Source of the DNA: Paragordius varius
Taxonomy: Eukaryota; Animalia; Nematomorpha
NCBI GenBank assembly: GCA_964247055.1
Contig: OZ176057.1
Coordinates: forward strand, 6,076,001 to 6,140,000
Length of the DNA stretch: 64,000 nucleotides
Reading direction: 5' to 3'
Shown: positions 1-11,889 of the stretch, piece by piece
Position numbering within the stretch: position 1 is the first letter of the stretch
How the letters are laid out: each line of letters opens with the position of its first letter
Translations under genes and position numbers: made by a program
The notes under the pieces: model-generated
Told to the model about the DNA's origin: nothing
Seen by the model: only the letters and a program-made list of their open reading frames with translations
Database searches by the model: none

Positions 1-190
1 TATTCTATGGCTTTGCGGGCCGCATTAACTAACATTTTATTAAATATTAAAAATGATGCTGTAGAAACCACTATTTTGCTATCATTTTTTGGGAAATATT
101 GTCAAAATTCCGTAAAAATTATTCAGAAATATGTTAAGGATAATCAATTTGCCTTAAATTTTATAAAAACTCGTGCAGTCTCAATATTGT

Positions 191-233
191 GGAGAGCAGC
201 GTGTTGGCCACGCCTCCTCTAAAAAATTCCTAG
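191..233 (+). other. GC-rich stem-loop followed 12 nt later by CTAG|T (Helitron 3'-end-like); also at 24532-24574 and 51573-51615
   Basis: GGAGAGCAGCGTG-TTGGC-CACGCCTCC pairs GCGTG/CACGC plus GGAG/CTCC, then TCTAAAAAATTC-CTAG-T. The diverged third copy changes sequence but still pairs (GGAGAG/CTCTCC plus GTG/CAC). No matching 5' TC end was found. Confidence 0.35.
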
Positions 234-469
234 TATTTAAATTATGCACAACAAATTGGTTTCTTTGGGTTTTCTGACGTTTATTCATTGATATAACGCC
301 TTCTTTTCATGTCTTCTATTTTTTCATACATAAAACTCCTTAAGGTAGTTTAAAAAGTAATAAAAATGGATTTAAAGTTTCGCAAATATATACTAAAATT
401 ATTTAAAAATATTAAAAGTTTGTTAAAAAGTGAGAAATTGTTTAAAAATTAATTAAAAGTTATAAAAAT

Positions 470-3400
470 TGGTTAAAAGTTGTAAATTTGAAAAATCGGT
501 TAAAATTTGCTTAAAATCGGTTAAAATTTGTTAAAAATCCGTTCTTAATATTTTCTAAAAATCGGTTAAAGTTTCCTTAAAATTTGCTAAAAATCGATTA
601 AACTTTTCTTAAAATTTGCTAAAAATCGGTTAAAGTTTCCTTAAAATCGGTTAAAATTTCCTTAAAATTTTCTAAAAATCGGTTAAAGTTTCCTTAAAAT
701 TTGCTAAAAATCGATTAAAGTTTCCTTAAAATTTGCTAAAAATGGGTTAAAGTTTCCTTAAATTTAAAGTTTCCTTAAAATTTGCTAAAAATCGGTTAAA
801 GTTTCCTTAAAATTTGCTAAAAATCGGTTAAAGTTTCCTTAAAATTTGCTAAAAATGGGTTAAAGTTTCCTTAAATTTAAAGTTTCCTTAAAATTTGCTA
901 AAAATCGGTTAAAGTTTCCTTAAAATTTGCTAAAAATCGGTTAAAGTTTCCTTAAAATTTGCTAAAAATGGGTTAAAGTTTCCTTAAATTTAAAGTTTCC
1001 TTAAAATTTGCTAAAAATCGGTTAAAGTTTCCTTAAAATTTGCTAAAAATGGGTTAAAGTTTCCTTAAATTTAAAGTTTCCTTAAAATTTGCTAAAAATC
1101 GGTTAAAGTTTCCTTAAAATTTGCTAAAAATGGGTTAAAGTTTCCTTAAATTTAAAGTTTCCTTAAAATTTGCTAAAAATCGGTTAAAGTTTCCTTAAAA
1201 TTTGCTAAAAATGGGTTAAAGTTTCCTTAAAATTTGCTAAAAATTGGTTAAAGTTTCCTTAAAATTTGCTAAAAATTGGTTAAAGTTTCCTTAAAATTTC
1301 CTTAAAATTTGCTAAAAATCGGTTAAAGTTTCCTTAAAATTTGCTAAAAATGGGTTAAAGTTTCCTTAAATTTAAAGTTTCCTTAAAATTTGCTAAAAAT
1401 CGGTTAAAGTTTCCTTAAAATTTGCTAAAAATCGGTTAAAGTTTCCTTAAAATTTGCTAAAAATGGGTTAAAGTTTCCTTAAATTTAAAGTTTCCTTAAA
1501 ATTTGCTAAAAATCGGTTAAAGTTTCCTTAAAATTTGCTAAAAATCGGTTAAAGTTTCCTTAAAATTTGCTAAAAATGGGTTAAAGTTTCCTTAAATTTA
1601 AAGTTTCCTTAAAATTTGCTAAAAATCGGTTAAAGTTTCCTTAAAATTTGCTAAAAATGGGTTAAAGTTTCCTTAAATTTAAAGTTTCCTTAAAATTTGC
1701 TAAAAATCGGTTAAAGTTTCCTTAAAATTTGCTAAAAATGGGTTAAAGTTTCCTTAAATTTAAAGTTTCCTTAAAATTTGCTAAAAATCGGTTAAAGTTT
1801 CCTTAAAATTTGCTAAAAATCGGTTAAAGTTTCCTTAAAATTTGCTAAAAATGGGTTAAAGTTTCCTTAAATTTAAAGTTTCCTTAAAATTTGCTAAAAA
1901 TTGGTTAAAGTTTCCTTAAAATTTGCTAAAAATCGGTTAAAGTTTCCTTAAATTTGCTAAAAATCGGTTAAAGTTTCCTTAAAATTTGCTAAAAATTGGT
2001 TAAAGTTTTTTTAAAATTTGCTAAAAATTGGTTAAAGTTTCCTTAAAATTTCCTTAAAATTTGCTAAAAATCGGTTAAACTTTCCTTAAAATTTGCTAAA
2101 AATCCATTAAATTTTTCTTAAAATTTGTTAAAAATCGGTTAAAGTTTTCTTGAAATTAGCTAAAAATCAGTTAAAGTTTTCTTGAAATTTGCTAAAAATC
2201 GGTTAAAGTTTTCTTAAAATTTGCTAAAAATCGGTTAAAGTTTCCTTAAAATTTGCTAAAAATCGGTTAAAATTTGCTAAAAATCCGTTAAATTATCCTT
2301 AAAATATTCTAAAAATCGGTTAAAGATTCCTTAAAATTTGCTAAAAATCGGTTAAAGTTTCTTTAAAATTTGTTACAAATCGATTAAACTTTATATGCTA
2401 AATATCGCTTAAAGTTTCCTTAAAATTTGCTAAAAATCGGTTAAACTTTTCTTAAAATTTGCTAAAAATGGGTTAAAGTTTCCTTAAATTTAAAGTTTCC
2501 TTAAAATTTGCTAAAAATCGGTTAAAGTTTCCTTAAAATTTGCTAAAAATCGGTTAAAGTTTCCTTAAAATTTGCTAAAAATGGGTTAAAGTTTCCTTAA
2601 ATTTAAAGTTTCCTTAAAATTTGCTAAAAATCGGTTAAAGTTTCCTTAAAATTTGCTAAAAATGGGTTAAAGTTTCCTTAAATTTAAAGTTTCCTTAAAA
2701 TTTGCTAAAAATCGGTTAAAGTCTCCTTAAAATTTGCTAAAAATCGGTTAAAGTTTCCTTAAAATTTGCTAAAAATGGGTTAAAGTTTCCTTAAATTTAA
2801 AGTTTCCTTAAAATTTGCTAAAAATCGGTTAAAGTTTCCTTAAAATTTGCTAAAAATGGGTTAAAGTTTCCTTAAATTTAAAGTTTCCTTAAAATTTGCT
2901 AAAAATCGGTTAAAGTTTCCTTAAAATTTGCTAAAAATCGGTTAAAGTTTCCTTAAAATTTGCTAAAAATGGGTTAAAGTTTCCTTAAATTTAAAGTTTC
3001 CTTAAAATTTGCTAAAAATTGGTTAAAGTTTCCTTAAAATTTGCTAAAAATCGGTTAAAGTTTCCTTAAATTTGCTAAAAATCGGTTAAAGTTTCCTTAA
3101 AATTTGCTAAAAATTGGTTAAAGTTTCCTTAAAATTTGCTAAAAATTGGTTAAAGTTTCCTTAAAATTTCCTTAAAATTTGCTAAAAATCGGTTAAACTT
3201 TCCTTAAAATTTGCTAAAAATCCATTAAATTTTTCTTAAAATTTGTTAAAAATCGGTTAAAGTTTTCTTGAAATTAGCTAAAAATCAGTTAAAGTTTTCT
3301 TGAAATTTGCTAAAAATCGGTTAAAGTTTTCTTAAAATTTGCTAAAAATCGGTTAAAGTTTCCTTAAAATTTGCTAAAAATCGGTTAAAGTTTCCTTAAA

Positions 3401-6400
3401 ATTTGCTAAAAATCGGTTAAAGTTTCCTTAAATTTGCTAAAAATGGGTTAAAGTTTCCTTAAATTTAAAGTTTCCTTAAAATTTGCTAAAAATCGGTTAA
3501 ACTTTCCTTAAAATTTGCTAAAAATTGGTTAAAGTTTCCTTAAATTTAAAGTTTCCTTAAAATTTGCTAAAAATCGGTTAAAGTTTCCTTAAAATTTGCT
3601 AAAAATCGGTTAAAGTTTCCTTAAAATTTGCTAAAAATGGGTTAAAGTTTCCTTAAATTTAAAGTTTCCTTAAAATTTGCTAAAAATCGGTTAAAGTTTC
3701 CTTAAAATTTGCTAAAAATCGGTTAAAGTTTCCTTAAAATTTGCTAAAAATGGGTTAAAGTTTCCTTAAATTTAAAGTTTCCTTAAAATTTGCTAAAAAT
3801 CGGTTAAAGTTTCCTTAAAATTTGCTAAAAATGGGTTAAAGTTTCCTTAAATTTAAAGTTTCCTTAAAATTTGCTAAAAATCGGTTAAAGTTTCCTTAAA
3901 ATTTGCTAAAAATCGGTTAAAGTTTCCTTAAAATTTGCTAAAAATGGGTTAAAGTTTCCTTAAATTTAAAGTTTCCTTAAAATTTGCTAAAAATCGGTTA
4001 AAGTTTCCTTAAAATTTGCTAAAAATGGGTTAAAGTTTCCTTAAATTTAAAGTTTCCTTAAAATTTGCTAAAAATCGGTTAAAGTTTCCTTAAAATTTGC
4101 TAAAAATCGGTTAAAGTTTCCTTAAAATTTGCTAAAAATGGGTTAAAGTTTCCTTAAATTTAAAGTTTCCTTAAAATTTGCTAAAAATCGGTTAAAGTTT
4201 CCTTAAAATTTGCTAAAAATGGGTTAAAGTTTCCTTAAATTTAAAGTTTCCTTAAAATTTGCTAAAAATCGGTTAAAGTTTCCTTAAAATTTGCTAAAAA
4301 TGGGTTAAAGTTTCCTTAAATTTAAAGTTTCCTTAAAATTTGCTAAAAATCGGTTAAAGTTTCCTTAAAATTTGCTAAAAATCGGTTAAAGTTTCCTTAA
4401 AATTTGCTAAAAATGGGTTAAAGTTTCCTTAAATTTAAAGTTTCCTTAAAATTTGCTAAAAATCGGTTAAAGTTTCCTTAAAATTTGCTAAAAATGGGTT
4501 AAAGTTTCCTTAAATTTAAAGTTTCCTTAAAATTTGCTAAAAATCGGTTAAAGTTTCCTTAAAATTTGCTAAAAATCGGTTAAAGTTTCCTTAAAATTTG
4601 CTAAAAATGGGTTAAAGTTTCCTTAAATTTAAAGTTTCCTTAAAATTTGCTAAAAATTGGTTAAAGTTTCCTTAAAATTTGCTAAAAATCGGTTAAAGTT
4701 TCCTTAAATTTGCTAAAAATCGGTTAAAGTTTCCTTAAAATTTGCTAAAAATTGGTTAAAGTTTCCTTAAAATTTGCTAAAAATTGGTTAAAGTTTCCTT
4801 AAAATTTCCTTAAAATTTGCTAAAAATCGGTCAAACTTTCCTTAAAATTTGCTAAAAATCCATTAAATTTTTCTTAAAATTTGTTAAAAATCGGTTAAAG
4901 TTTTCTTGAAATTAGCTAAAAATCAGTTAAAGTTTTCTTGAAATTTGCTAAAAATCGGTTAAAGTTTTCTTAAAATTTGCTAAAAATCGGTTAAAGTTTC
5001 CTTAAAATTTGCTAAAAATCGGTTAAAGTTTCCTTAAAATTTGCTAAAAATCGGTTAAAGTTTCCTTAAATTTGCTAAAAATGGGTTAAAGTTTCCTTAA
5101 ATTTAAAGTTTCCTTAAAATTTGCTAAAAATCGGTTAAACTTTCCTTAAAATTTGCTAAAAATTGGTTAAAGTTTCCTTAAATTTAAAGTTTCCTTAAAA
5201 TTTGCTAAAAATCGGTTAAAGTTTCCTTAAAATTTGCTAAAAATCGGTTAAAGTTTCCTTAAAATTTGCTAAAAATGGGTTAAAGTTTCCTTAAATTTAA
5301 AGTTTCCTTAAAATTTGCTAAAAATCGGTTAAAGTTTCCTTAAAATTTGCTAAAAATCGGTTAAAGTTTCCTTAAAATTTGCTAAAAATGGGTTAAAGTT
5401 TCCTTAAATTTAAAGTTTCCTTAAAATTTGCTAAAAATCGGTTAAAGTTTCCTTAAAATTTGCTAAAAATGGGTTAAAGTTTCCTTAAATTTAAAGTTTC
5501 CTTAAAATTTGCTAAAAATCGGTTAAAGTTTCCTTAAAATTTGCTAAAAATCGGTTAAAGTTTCCTTAAAATTTGCTAAAAATGGGTTAAAGTTTCCTTA
5601 AATTTAAAGTTTCCTTAAAATTTGCTAAAAATTGGTTAAAGTTTCCTTAAAATTTGCTAAAAATCGGTTAAAGTTTCCTTAAATTTGCTAAAAATCGGTT
5701 AAAGTTTCCTTAAAATTTGCTAAAAATTGGTTAAAGTTTCCTTAAAATTTGCTAAAAATTGGTTAAAGTTTCCTTAAAATTTCCTTAAAATTTGCTAAAA
5801 ATCGGTCAAACTTTCCTTAAAATTTGCTAAAAATCCATTAAATTTTTCTTAAAATTTGTTAAAAATCGGTTAAAGTTTTCTTGAAATTAGCTAAAAATCA
5901 GTTAAAGTTTTCTTGAAATTTGCTAAAAATCGGTTAAAGTTTTCTTAAAATTTGCTAAAAATCGGTTAAAGTTTCCTTAAAATTTGCTAAAAATCGGTTA
6001 AAGTTTCCTTAAAATTTGCTAAAAATCGGTTAAAGTTTCCTTAAATTTGCTAAAAATGGGTTAAAGTTTCCTTAAATTTAAAGTTTCCTTAAAATTTGCT
6101 AAAAATCGGTTAAACTTTCCTTAAAATTTGCTAAAAATTGGTTAAAGTTTCCTTAAATTTAAAGTTTCCTTAAAATTTGCTAAAAATCGGTTAAAGTTTC
6201 CTTAAAATTTGCTAAAAATCGGTTAAAGTTTCCTTAAAATTTGCTAAAAATGGGTTAAAGTTTCCTTAAATTTAAAGTTTCCTTAAAATTTGCTAAAAAT
6301 CGGTTAAAGTTTCCTTAAAATTTGCTAAAAATCGGTTAAAGTTTCCTTAAAATTTGCTAAAAATGGGTTAAAGTTTCCTTAAATTTAAAGTTTCCTTAAA

Positions 6401-8750
6401 ATTTGCTAAAAATCGGTTAAAGTTTCCTTAAAATTTGCTAAAAATGGGTTAAAGTTTCCTTAAATTTAAAGTTTCCTTAAAATTTGCTAAAAATCGGTTA
6501 AAGTTTCCTTAAAATTTGCTAAAAATCGGTTAAAGTTTCCTTAAAATTTGCTAAAAATGGGTTAAAGTTTCCTTAAATTTAAAGTTTCCTTAAAATTTGC
6601 TAAAAATCGGTTAAAGTTTCCTTAAAATTTGCTAAAAATCGGTTAAAGTTTCCTTAAAATTTGCTAAAAATGGGTTAAAGTTTCCTTAAATTTAAAGTTT
6701 CCTTAAAATTTGCTAAAAATCGGTTAAAGTTTCCTTAAAATTTGCTAAAAATGGGTTAAAGTTTCCTTAAATTTAAAGTTTCCTTAAAATTTGCTAAAAA
6801 TCGGTTAAAGTTTCCTTAAAATTTGCTAAAAATCGGTTAAAGTTTCCTTAAAATTTGCTAAAAATGGGTTAAAGTTTCCTTAAATTTAAAGTTTCCTTAA
6901 AATTTGCTAAAAATCGGTTAAAGTTTCCTTAAAATTTGCTAAAAATGGGTTAAAGTTTCCTTAAATTTAAAGTTTCCTTAAAATTTGCTAAAAATCGGTT
7001 AAAGTTTCCTTAAAATTTGCTAAAAATCGGTTAAAGTTTCCTTAAAATTTGCTAAAAATGGGTTAAAGTTTCCTTAAATTTAAAGTTTCCTTAAAATTTG
7101 CTAAAAATTGGTTAAAGTTTCCTTAAAATTTGCTAAAAATCGGTTAAAGTTTCCTTAAATTTGCTAAAAATCGGTTAAAGTTTCCTTAAAATTTGCTAAA
7201 AATTGGTTAAAGTTTCCTTAAAATTTGCTAAAAATTGGTTAAAGTTTCCTTAAAATTTGCTAAAAATCGGTTAAAGTTTCCTTAAATTTAAAGTTTCCTT
7301 AAAATTTGCTAAAAATCGGTTAAAGTTTCCTTAAAATTTGCTAAAAATCGGTTAAAGTTTCCTTAAAATTTGCTAAAAATGGGTTAAAGTTTCCTTAAAT
7401 TTAAAGTTTCCTTAAAATTTGCTAAAAATTGGTTAAAGTTTCCTTAAAATTTGCTAAAAATCGGTTAAAGTTTCCTTAAATTTGCTAAAAATCGGTTAAA
7501 GTTTCCTTAAAATTTGCTAAAAATTGGTTAAAGTTTCCTTAAAATTTGCTAAAAATTGGTTAAAGTTTCCTTAAAATTTCCTTAAAATTTGCTAAAAATC
7601 GGTTAAACTTTCCTTAAAATTTGCTAAAAATCCATTAAATTTTTCTTAAAATTTGTTAAAAATCGGTTAAAGTTTTCTTGAAATTAGCTAAAAATCAGTT
7701 AAAGTTTTCTTGAAATTTGCTAAAAATCGGTTAAAGTTTTCTTAAAATTTGCTAAAAATCGGTTAAAGTTTCCTTAAAATTTGCTAAAAATCGGTTAAAA
7801 TTTGCTAAAAATCCGTTAAATTATCCTTAAAATATTCTAAAAATCGGTTAAAGATTCCTTAAAATTTGCTAAAAATCGGTTAAAGTTTCTTTAAAATTTG
7901 TTACAAATCGATTAAACTTTATATGCTAAATATCGCTTAAAGTTTCCTTAAAATTTGCTAAAAATCGGTTAAACTTTTCTTAAAATTTGTTAAAAATCAG
8001 TTAAAGTTTCCTTAAAATTTGCTAAAAATCGGTTAAAGTTTTCTTAAAATATGCTAAAAATCGGTTAAAATTTCCTTAAAATTTGCTAAAAATCGGTTTT
8101 AAAGTTTCCTTAAAATTTGCTAAAAATCGGTTAAAGTTTCCTTAAAATTTGCTAAAAATCGGTTAAACTTTTCTTAAAATTTGGTAAAAATCGATAAAAG
8201 TTTCCTTAAAATTTGCTAAAAATCGGTTAAAGTTTTCTTAAAATATGCTAAAAATCGGTTAAAATTTCCTTAAAATTTGCTAAAAATCGGTTTTAAAGTT
8301 TCCTTAAAATTTGCTAAAAATCGATTAAAATTTGCTAAAAATTGGTTAAAGTCTCCTTAAAATTTGCTATAAATTTGCTAAAAATCGGTTAAAATTTCCT
8401 TAAAATTTGCTAAAAATCGATTAAACTTTTGTTAAAATATTCTAAAAATCGGTTAAAGTTTCCTTAAAATCGGTTAAAGTTTCCTTAAAATCGGTTAAAG
8501 TTTTCTTAAAATCGGTTAAAGTTTTCTTAAAATTTTCTAAAAATCGGTTAAAGTTTCCTTCAGATTTGCTAAGAATTAGTTAAAGTTTCTTTAAAATTTG
8601 CTAAAAATCGATTAAAGTTTCCTTACAAATTTCTAAAAAACGGTTAAAGTTTCCTTAAAATTTGCTAAAAATCGGTAAAAACTTGTTAAAAATCCGTTAA
8701 AATATCCTTAAAATATTCTAAAAATATACTTATAATTAGGTAAAAATTAG
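470..8750 (+). repeat. Satellite 1 array (32-bp monomer GGTTAAAGTTTCCTTAAAATTTGCTAAAAATC) with higher-order repeats
   Basis: Direct tandem periodicity. Variants ATC/ATG/ATT precede GGTT. The ATG variant is usually followed by a 17-bp internal duplication (TTTAAAGTTTCCTTAAA). Edges are degenerate. Confidence 0.97.
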
Positions 8751-8999
8751 TTAAAAATATGCCTATAAATCCAAATGTTGTAAATAATAATAATTGCCTA
8801 AAAATCGCAAGTTTTTTAAAAAATGCTTAAATTGTATATATGATTCGCTCAATTTTACAAAATTGCTTAATAAAATGTCCGCAAATCGGTTTTTTAGATA
8901 TTTAAACAAAACATATCATTCATTCTTAAATAGCGTTTTTTGAATTATTATATTGTAATTAATCCTTTATATTTATCAATTTATATATTTATTTTTTAG

Positions 9000-9083
9000 A
9001 ATGTATTGCCTCAATCAATTATTTGCGGAAAAACTGAAACGAATCATAAATGAATAGATTTTAACTTGATATTTCGGAATTCG
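9000..9083 (+). other. Exon-like cassette A (84 nt), stop codons in all three frames
   Basis: T-tract+TAG|AATGT...GGAATTCG|GTAATT. Identical at 33419-33502 and 53079-53162. Confidence 0.5.
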
Positions 9084-9239
9084 GTAATTTTTTTACTATT
9101 TAATAATTCAAATAAGTAATTTATTATTATAGTTATATTAAACTGAAATTTTATTTGAAAATATATACTTAACATTATTAAAACCGTTGTATTTTTTAAA
9201 ATAATTTTAAAATATTTGATTTTTAAACAGTTTTTAATT

Positions 9240-11240
9240 TCGTTTTTATTAATCAGTTGTTTAAATTAATCGGTTATTTTAATTAATCAGTTGTTTTTAT
9301 TAATCAGTTGTTTTAATTCATCAGTTGTTTTTATTAATCAGTTGTTATTAATCAGTTGTTATTAATCAGTTGTTATTAATCAGTTGTTATTAATCAGTTG
9401 TTTTAATTAATCAGTTGTTTTAATTAATCAGTTGTTTTAATTAATCAGTTGTTTAAATTAATCAGTTGTTTAAATTAATCAGTTGTTTTAATTAATCAGT
9501 TGTTTTAGTCAACCAGTTGTTTTAATTAATCAGTTGTTTTAAATAATCAGTTGTGTTTAAATTAATCAGTTGTTTTTATTAAGTAGTTGTTTTTATTAAT
9601 CAGTTATTTGTATTAATCAGTTGTTTTTATTAATCTTGTTTTTATTAATCAGTTGTTTTAATTAATCATTTTTTAATGATCAGTTGTTTTTATTAATTGT
9701 TTTTATTCATCAGTTGTTTGTATTAATCATTTGTTTGTATTAATCATTTGTTTGTATTAATCATTTGTTTGTATTAATCATTTGTTTGTATTAATCAGTT
9801 GTTTGAATTAATCAGTTGTTTTTATTAATCAGTTGTTTTTTTGTTTTTTTAATCAGTTTTTTTTATTAATTAGTTGTTTTAATTAATCATTTGTTTTAAT
9901 TAATCATTTGTTTTTATTAATCAGTTGTTTTAATTAATCATTTGTTTTTATTGTTCAGTTGTTTTAATTAATCAGTTGTTTTAAATAATCATTTGTAAAT
10001 TAATCATTTGTTTTAATTAAACAGTTGTTTTTATTAATCAGTTGTTTTTATTAATCAGTTGTTTTAATTAATCAGTTGTTTTAATTAATCAGTTGTTTTT
10101 ATTAATCAGTTGTTTTTATTAATCAGTTGTTTTTATTAATCAGTTGTTTTTATTAATCAGTTGTTTTTATTAATCAGTTGTTTTAATTTATCAGTTGTTT
10201 TAATTTATCAGTTGTTTTAATTTATCATTTGTTTTTATTAATCATTTGTTTTTATTAATCATTTGTTTGTATTAATCATTTGTTTGTATTAATCATTTGT
10301 TTGTATTAATCAGTTGTTTGAATTAATCAGTTGTTTTAATTTATCAGTTGTTTTAATTTATCAGTTGTTTTAATTTATCATTTGTTTGTATTAATCATTT
10401 GTTTGTATTAATCATTTGTTTGTATTAATCATTTGTTTGTATTAATCATTTGTTTTTATTAATCAGTTGTTTTTTTGTTTTTTTAATCAATTTTTTTTAT
10501 TAATTAGTTGTTTTAATTAATCATTTGTTTTAATTAATCATTTGTTTTTATTAATCAGTTGTTTTAATTAATCATTTGTTTTTATTGTTCAGTTGTTTTA
10601 ATTAATCAGTTGTTTTAAATAATCATTTGTAAATTAATCATTTGTTTTAATTAAACAGTTGTTTTTATTAATCAGTTGTTTTTATTAATCAGTTGTTTTA
10701 TTTAATCATTTGTTTTTATTGTTCAGTTGTTTGAATTAATCAGTCGTTTTTATTAATCATTTGTTTTTATTAATCAGTTGTTTTAATTAATTAGTTGTTT
10801 TAATTAATCAGTTGTTTTAATTAATTAGTTGTTTTAATTAATTAGTTGTTTTAATTAATTAGTTGTTTTAATTAATTAGTTGTTTTAATTAGTTGTTTAA
10901 TTAGTCATTTGATTTAATTAATCATTTGTTTTAATTAATCATTTGTTTTAAATAAATTGTTTTAAATCAGTTGTCTTTATTAATCAGTTGTTTTATTTTG
11001 TTGTTTTTATTAATCAGTTTTTTTTATTAATCAGTTTTTTTTATAATCGGTTGTTTTTACTATTAGTTTTTTTTATTAAAAAGTTGTTTTTATTATTCAG
11101 TTTTTTTATTAATCAGTTTTTTTATTATTCAGTTTTTTTATTAATCAGTTTTTTTATTAATGAGTTTTTTTTATTAATCAGTTGTTTTTATTTCAGTATT
11201 TTTATTAATCAGTTTTTTTATTAATCAGTTTTTTTATCAA
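9240..11240 (+). repeat. Satellite 2 array (17-bp monomer ATTAATCAGTTGTTTTT / AATTAATCAGTTGTTTT)
   Basis: Direct tandem periodicity with variants (ATCATTTG, TTTGT). Confidence 0.95.
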
Positions 11241-11249
11241 CAAAAATTT

Positions 11250-11720
11250 TCTAAAAACCGGAAAAACCGCTAAAATTTCTTAAAAGCCGCTTAAACTTTC
11301 TAAAAACCGTTAAATTCCTTTTAAAATAAAAAAATGCGCTTGAAATTCTTTATGCCAAAATTTTCGAAAAACCTAAACTTTCTAAAAACCGCTCCAACCA
11401 GCTAAAAGTCTATTTCTTTAGAAATATTCTAAAAACCGGTTACAATTTAATAACCGGATAACAATGTAAAAACCGATAAAACTTCCTTAAAATGCTAAAA
11501 TTTTTAAAATATCGCTAAAATTCCTTTTAAATCAAACAAATGCGCTTGAAATTCTCTTAAAATTGCTAAAAAAATTTAAAACCGCTAAAACTTCAAATAA
11601 ACCGCCTAAAATCTCTAAAAACTTACAAAATTGTTTAAAAAGCGTAAATATTTTAGTTAAATCAAAAATGCGCTGAAATTCTTTAAAAAACGGCAAACTT
11701 TTTTAAAAACGCAAAATTGT
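11250..11720 (+). repeat. Satellite 3, degenerate 19-20-bp AAAAACCGCTAAAATTTCT repeats
   Basis: Recurrent AAAACCGCTAAAA motif. Much cleaner in the third unit (54690-55500). Confidence 0.75.
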
Positions 11721-11836
11721 TTTTCTGCAATCATATGCCACCAATTTTATTATTTTAACCAATTAGCTAGCCATTTTAAATAGCGTTTTTATATTTTTAA
11801 TCTCAATATATTGTAACATACTATTTTTTTGTTTAG

Positions 11837-11889
11837 AATGTGTGATGTCTTACAGAAGTACGCAGAACTGACATCTTAGAATGTTTTCG
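11837..11889 (+). other. Exon-like cassette B, truncated by a 2197-bp deletion
   Basis: TTTAG|AATGTGTGATG... matches 36242-36300 but loses its GT donor. The offset to unit 2 jumps from 24405 to 26602 here. Confidence 0.55.

Noticed and set aside
7-222. 71-aa ORF (also 24348-24563)
   Set aside because: No recognisable motif; frameshifted in the third unit (51390 onward).
470-8750. CRISPR-like regular repeats
   Set aside because: Monomers abut with no unique spacers, there are no cas genes, and the context is eukaryotic.
10988-11224. F/L/I-rich ORFs (also 35393, 37092, 12634, 39236)
   Set aside because: Chance frames through T-rich satellite or low-complexity DNA.
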